From NCBI RefSeq assembly GCF_002163755.1, contig NZ_CP015864.1:1-64000 (forward strand): 64,000 bases of DNA, given 5' to 3'. The notes beneath the pieces are model-generated. The model was given only the letters and a program-made list of their open reading frames with translations. It had not been told where the DNA came from and did not search any database. A program made the translations under genes and the position numbers. Positions 59,655 through 64,000 of this stretch are shown here, piece after piece (position 1 is the stretch's first letter; each line of letters starts with the position of its first letter). Source of the DNA: Vibrio campbellii CAIM 519 = NBRC 15631 = ATCC 25920 (lineage in GTDB: Bacteria > Pseudomonadota > Gammaproteobacteria > Enterobacterales > Vibrionaceae).

Positions 59655-60290
59655 GACCAGTCTTCACCCAAATCACCGTTTCTTCGTCTACGAAAGGGAA
59701 ATGCTCACTCATATGAGGGCTACGCAGCCAAGTGTAAGTGGGGTATTCGCCAAACTCGTCTTTGAACTCTCCAGATAACACAAAGATCTCTTCACCACCA
59801 AAGTGGCGGTGTGGCTGAAACTTTTCGCCCTTCGGCCACTTTATTAATGCGACATGCTCGTGCCCGAACTTGTGCAGTGGCATCACTTTTAGCCCGCCAA
59901 TACCTTCTAACCACTCTGCTTGGTTCGTGTTGATGCGCACGCTCTCTAGATCATTGGGAGCAAATTGATTGAGTTTCACTAAGATAACGCAGCCTCCTTT
60001 GCTGAACGGAGCATGGTGACTGCCGGGGGGTTACGAAGGTAAGTCCCCGTTGGGTAATCACCATCTTCATCAGAAAATACGCCTTCTAGCACCAGTATTT
60101 CTTCGCCATATGGGTGAGCGTGTGTTGCGAACTGTGAATTGGGCTCATACTTGACCACGCTGGTGGTATGCCCGGACTCTTTCGCCTCTCTTTCCAATGG
60201 TTTACGCCAAACACCAGCGGCTGGGCTAGCAATCCATTCTTGTTGATGAGTTTTAATCACTAAACGTTGTGAGAAGTCCATATTGAGCAT
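59638..60290 (-). pseudogene. ChrR-like double-cupin protein split by a frameshift at a G6 homopolymer
   Basis: Two abutting ORFs (59979-60290 and 59638-59979) each encode one cupin. Inserting one C into the C6 run (plus-strand G6 at 60025-60030) restores a single ~215-aa reading frame. Confidence 0.55.
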
Positions 60291-60535
60291 TTTGTGTTTC
60301 CAGTCCTGTCTCCGTATTGATTAAGTATATGCCGTTCCACCCATGCCAGCTTTCACCCCTTCAAGCGAGTGAGTATCCCTTGTTTACCAACATCGAGCAG
60401 CCAAAGAGAGCGGGACAATGATGATCATACAGAGCTTAAAGTGTGGCGAAATCTCATTAACCTTATGATTGCTATTGATAATTTTAATAGAATCTAAATT
60501 TACAAATTGTTACATACCTCGCTTTTTTTAGGTTT

Positions 60536-60584
60536 TGTTATGCTATAACATCTGCGAAATATTAAGTGGTGTTATAACATAACA
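60536..60584 (+). promoter_or_regulatory. Two putative Zur boxes upstream of the His-rich OMP / znuAB-like operon
   Basis: TGTTATgcTATAACA at 60536-60550 and TGTTATAACATAACA at 60570-60584. These resemble the gammaproteobacterial Zur palindrome. Confidence 0.5.
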
Positions 60585-60601
60585 AAATAAGGAAAAACGT
60601 A

Positions 60602-61744
60602 GTGAATAAGAAATTGGTCTCTTTAGCGGTTGGTAGCTTGTTTGTTTCCCCAGTTTTTGCCGATACGCTGTCGAATCCTCAGATCGGCGTGGTACTAGAC
60701 GGTTACTATCAAGATGGCCAGCGTAACAACTCAGAGCGTGAAGAAGGTTTCGGCCTTGGTCACACTGAGGTGAACATGTCTGCAAACATCGATGATAAAT
60801 TCCACGGCTCACTGACGGCGGTTCTAGAAAGCCACGGTGATGAAACCGAACTGATGCTTGAAGAAGCATTCATCGAGACTCTAGCTCTTCCACACGGCTT
60901 AAATGTGCGTGCAGGTCGATTCCTCTCTGATTTTGGTTACTTAAACAACCAGCATATGCATACCGACAGTTTCGTTGAGCGTCCAATCGCTTATCGTACT
61001 TTCCTTGGTTCGCATTACTACGATGATGGTGTACGCGCAAGCATCGTGCTACCCACAGATCTTTACGTGAAGTTTGGTGTAGAAGCGCTAAGCGGCAGCA
61101 AGATGTCTTCTGTTGAAAATGGCTCTGAAGTGGGTGTTTACACGACAACGTTGAAACTGGGTGACGATTTCTCTGAATCTTCAAGCTGGCAGTTTGGCCT
61201 AAGTTACCTACGTAACGAAAACGGCAAAGTGACAGAGTTTGAAGATCACGACCACGGTCATGCAAACGAGCATGGACACGACCATAGTCACGGTGCAGCG
61301 GTAACTGGCGCTAACCTTTACGGCGCAGACTTTGTTTGGAAGTGGGCCCCAGACGGCAACTACAAATACAGCAACTTCACACTATCTGCTGAATACATGC
61401 TGCTAGACGGTGTGGTAGACAGTAAGTTCAAAGACGATGCAGAATCACCAGATAACCTAAGCGCTTACTACGTGTCAGGTGTTTACCGTTTCAACCCAAG
61501 CTGGTCTGCAGGTCTACGTTACGGTGAGGCAGAAAGCTACGATGGCCACGCACACGGTGACCACATGCACTTCACTGCTCTAAAAGACAAAGAAATGGAT
61601 GCGATGATCGCGTGGGATTCTTCTCACTTCGGTACAATCCGAGCGCAATACTCTCGTATCGACAACCAAGACAGCGAGACAGACAACGTATTCACTCTGC
61701 AATACGTGATGACATTTGGAGCGCACGGTGCACATGCGTTCTAA
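60602..61744 (+). CDS. His-rich outer membrane beta-barrel protein (putative Zur-regulated metal uptake OMP)
   Basis: Signal peptide. His-rich loops (HDHGHANEHGHDHSHG; HAHGDHMHF). C-terminal aromatic residue (…GAHAF). GTG start. Confidence 0.5.
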   Translation: MNKKLVSLAVGSLFVSPVFADTLSNPQIGVVLDGYYQDGQRNNSEREEGFGLGHTEVNMSANIDDKFHGSLTAVLESHGDETELMLEEAFIETLALPHGLNVRAGRFLSDFGYLNNQHMHTDSFVERPIAYRTFLGSHYYDDGVRASIVLPTDLYVKFGVEALSGSKMSSVENGSEVGVYTTTLKLGDDFSESSSWQFGLSYLRNENGKVTEFEDHDHGHANEHGHDHSHGAAVTGANLYGADFVWKWAPDGNYKYSNFTLSAEYMLLDGVVDSKFKDDAESPDNLSAYYVSGVYRFNPSWSAGLRYGEAESYDGHAHGDHMHFTALKDKEMDAMIAWDSSHFGTIRAQYSRIDNQDSETDNVFTLQYVMTFGAHGAHAF

Positions 61745-62660
61745 GCTTACGCTCAGTAAATGCAGTGTAGCGATGATGGCGGCGGGGGCTGCCATCATCT
61801 CTTCGCCTGCTTTGGCGCTGAACATCTTCGTCTGCGAGCCAGAATGGAAAGCCTTTCTTGAAAGCCATGCGCCAGACGCCACCATCTATTCTGCGACGAC
61901 CGCTAAGCAAGATCCCCATTACGTGCAAGCGCGTCCCTCTTTAATTGCCAAAATGCGCCAAGCGGACATGGCAATGTGTTCCGGTGCGGAGCTAGAAGTC
62001 GGGTGGCTACCAATGCTGCAAGTTCGCAGTAGTAATAGCGCTGTGCAAAATGGCGCATCAAGCATGGTTTACGCGACCGATTTCGTGCGTATGTTAGACA
62101 CTCATGATCATGTCGACCGCAGTATGGGGGACATACATGCGCACGGAAACCCACATGTGCAGTTTGCGGCGAATGACATGATTCCCCTGTCACGGGCGAT
62201 AACTGATCGCTTGAAAATCATCGATCCAGATAACGCGCCAACTTACCAACTTAACGGCATGAAGTTCCGAGCTCATTGGCGCAAAAAGCTGAATGAGTGG
62301 CACGAGAAAGCGGCACCGTTAAAAGGCAAACAAGTTGTCGGTTATCACGCTACCTATCGTTATCTTTACGATTGGCTTGGTATGGAGCAAATCGCTGACC
62401 TTGAACCGAAGCCGGGAATCTCGCCAACCACTTCTCATCTGCAATCATTAACCAAGTTAGAGGCCAATAGCTTTGATGCGATTGTATTCTCATCGCACCA
62501 AGATAAACGCCCCGCGAACTGGTTACAGCAGCAGACAGACAAGCCTTTGATCCAGTTACCGCTCACGGTTTCCAATGGGCAAAGCCTTGATGAAATGTAC
62601 GACCAAGTCATCGACGAATTGCTAGATGTTCTGGTGCAGCCCGATCCGGTGAAGAGCTAA
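61734..62660 (+). CDS. znuA: TroA/ZnuA-family metal ABC transporter substrate-binding protein
   Basis: Signal peptide. DPHYVQARPSLIAKMRQADMAMCSGAELEVGWL matches the cluster A-I SBP motif. Overlaps the OMP gene by 11 nt. Confidence 0.6.
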   Translation: MRSKLTLSKCSVAMMAAGAAIISSPALALNIFVCEPEWKAFLESHAPDATIYSATTAKQDPHYVQARPSLIAKMRQADMAMCSGAELEVGWLPMLQVRSSNSAVQNGASSMVYATDFVRMLDTHDHVDRSMGDIHAHGNPHVQFAANDMIPLSRAITDRLKIIDPDNAPTYQLNGMKFRAHWRKKLNEWHEKAAPLKGKQVVGYHATYRYLYDWLGMEQIADLEPKPGISPTTSHLQSLTKLEANSFDAIVFSSHQDKRPANWLQQQTDKPLIQLPLTVSNGQSLDEMYDQVIDELLDVLVQPDPVKS

Positions 62661-62663
62661 ACC

Positions 62664-63458
62664 ATGACAGAGTACGCATGGTTATTGCCCGCGGTGCTGT
62701 GTGGCTTGATCGCGTTAGTCGGTAACGTGGTGCTTGGTCAACAAGTGCTAAAACGCCAAATCATCTTCATTGATTTGGCGGTGGCACAAGTTGCCGCATT
62801 GGGAGCTGCACTCAGTCATTATTGGCTGAACCAATACGCGCTCTTCTCGGGTTCCTTCTTCGGCGAGATGGTCGGCCCTTGGGTGATGTCGTTATTGCTG
62901 TGTGGTTTGATTGCCTTAATGGAGAAGCGTTACCAACAGCATTTGGAGCCGATGATCGGCAGCTTGTTTGTGGTCTCCGCCTCATTGGCGATCTTACTCG
63001 TAAGTAAAGATCCGCATGGTGCAGACTTTATCCAAGGCATTCTTAACGGGCAGTTATTGTGGTCGACATGGGATGATGTGTGGCCCTTGGCATTAATAAC
63101 CGCGGCGATGTTGCTGTTGGTTTGGCTAAAACCTGCGTTTATGCAGGGCAGTGGCTTTTACTTAATCTTTGCTATCTTGATGCCAATAACGGTCAAGCTC
63201 ACGGGCATCTATTTAGAGTTTGCTCTGTTGGTGATTCCGGCTTTGTGTGCCGCGGCGTTAAAAGGAACGAGATTTTTCATTGCGAGCATCAGTATCGGCC
63301 TTGTGGGGATTTTGTCTGGCATTGCGGCGTCAGCTCGGTACGACTTACCGAGCGGAGCGAGCATTGTTATTACCCTATTTATCGCGGGTATGCTGTTTAA
63401 TCTCTTGGTTCAGCCTTGGCTGCATAAATCGCCCTCCATTAATGAAGAGACGGCGTGA
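62664..63458 (+). CDS. znuB: ABC-3 family metal (Zn/Mn) transporter permease
   Basis: 264 aa with 7-8 predicted TM helices. ZnuB-like N-terminus. Confidence 0.7.
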   Translation: MTEYAWLLPAVLCGLIALVGNVVLGQQVLKRQIIFIDLAVAQVAALGAALSHYWLNQYALFSGSFFGEMVGPWVMSLLLCGLIALMEKRYQQHLEPMIGSLFVVSASLAILLVSKDPHGADFIQGILNGQLLWSTWDDVWPLALITAAMLLLVWLKPAFMQGSGFYLIFAILMPITVKLTGIYLEFALLVIPALCAAALKGTRFFIASISIGLVGILSGIAASARYDLPSGASIVITLFIAGMLFNLLVQPWLHKSPSINEETA

Positions 63459-63479
63459 CTATTCTCCAAATGATAAAAA

Positions 63480-63507
63480 GGCTCCGCGTGAACGGAGCCT
63501 TTTGTTT
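63480..63507 (+). terminator. Rho-independent terminator after the znuB-like gene
   Basis: GGCTCCG-cgtgaa-CGGAGCC followed by TTTTGTTT. Confidence 0.65.
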
Positions 63508-63582
63508 AGCACTGCTTTTTCTTATTAGTAATTATTTAGACTATTAATAGATTGCTTAGTTACTTATATATCTCCTTCTATA

Positions 63583-64000
63583 TTAGCAAGATTTGAACAG
63601 AGGGAGAGTCTGAGGTTGGATTGAATCTGTCAAAGTGTTATCCAGCGCAGGGAATAAATGATTAATTCCCGCTTCAGATAGCCCCAACCATGCCATTAAA
63701 CTCGCATGAAGCTGATCGGAAGAGATGGTCGGAATCACACGCCCACGCGAGAGCAAGTAAGGGCTTGTCTCAGATAAGTCTGGATATTCACCCACGATCA
63801 CTTTTCCTGCTACACCGCCGCCCATCACCAATGCGTGGCTTGCCCAGCCGTGGTCCGTACCATCCGTACCGTTTGGAATCAAAGTACGGCCAAATTCTGA
63901 ATGGGTGAATGTCGTTACCTGATCAAACAAGCCATTGTTTTCCAAAGCCAGTTGGAACGCGGCCATCGCTTCTGCCAACTCTTGCAGCAAACCCGTTTGG
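63583..64000 (-). CDS. DUF1501-family protein, C-terminal part (5' end runs off the window)
   Basis: GTDHGWASHALVMGG motif, typical of DUF1501 (sulfatase-like fold). Confidence 0.55.
   Translation of the reverse strand, partial: QTGLLQELAEAMAAFQLALENNGLFDQVTTFTHSEFGRTLIPNGTDGTDHGWASHALVMGGGVAGKVIVGEYPDLSETSPYLLSRGRVIPTISSDQLHASLMAWLGLSEAGINHLFPALDNTLTDSIQPQTLPLFKSC

Noticed and set aside
60543-60869. 108-aa minus-strand ORF
   Set aside because: It overlaps the Zur boxes and the 5' end of the His-rich OMP gene in antisense. Not credible.
1-64000. CRISPR arrays, tRNA/rRNA genes, IS elements or integrases
   Set aside because: No regularly spaced direct repeats with unique spacers were seen. 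No cloverleaf-like tRNA candidates or transposase/integrase ORFs were seen either. Absence was judged by eye only.

Overview
This 64-kb window looks like an accessory-rich region of a Vibrio-like gammaproteobacterial chromosome, at roughly 45% GC with several low-GC patches. It is gene-dense on both strands and mixes housekeeping, signalling, secretion and uptake genes. The highlight is a tightly coupled four-to-six gene cassette at 25.1-34.5 kb that I could not match to any described system. All calls rest on reading the translated ORFs and the nucleotide sequence by eye; no database searches were run.

Recognisable content:
- Housekeeping genes: ppsA with divergent ppsR, a divergent purA paralog, a nemA-like OYE reductase, a DEAD-box helicase (rhlE-like), a PLP-dependent aminotransferase and an LplA-like ligase.
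- A c-di-GMP signalling set: GGDEF and CSS-EAL proteins, with a CsgD/VpsT-like fragment and an XRE regulator.
- Three LysR and two AraC regulators.
- A tandem pair of DsbB/BdbC-like membrane oxidoreductase genes, each preceded by a conserved, unannotated 51-aa membrane peptide gene.
- A low-GC insertion carrying a GT2 glycosyltransferase and a CFA-synthase-like methyltransferase, flanked by an imperfect ~50-bp direct repeat.
- An orphan type VI secretion auxiliary module: VgrG, a DUF4123 adaptor, and an 824-aa LysM/Gly-rich effector with no co-directional immunity gene.
- Two tandemly duplicated lipoproteins with a formylglycine-generating-enzyme (FGE/SUMF1) domain, convergent on the T6SS effector.
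- A Csu-type (sigma/archaic) chaperone-usher pilus cluster.
- A Zur-box-controlled zinc uptake locus: a His-rich outer membrane protein with ZnuA- and ZnuB-like genes, but no ATPase gene.
- A ChrR-like double-cupin gene split by a frameshift at a G6 homopolymer.
- A 5 x 16-bp tandem repeat.

The cassette of interest is a YqiJ/NfeD-like plus YqiK/flotillin pair followed by a 1620-aa coiled-coil protein with a C-terminal MoxR-type AAA+ ATPase. This is translationally coupled to a single-HKD phospholipase-D-family protein and a TelA-like protein. I flag it as a candidate undescribed membrane-associated defence or stress system.
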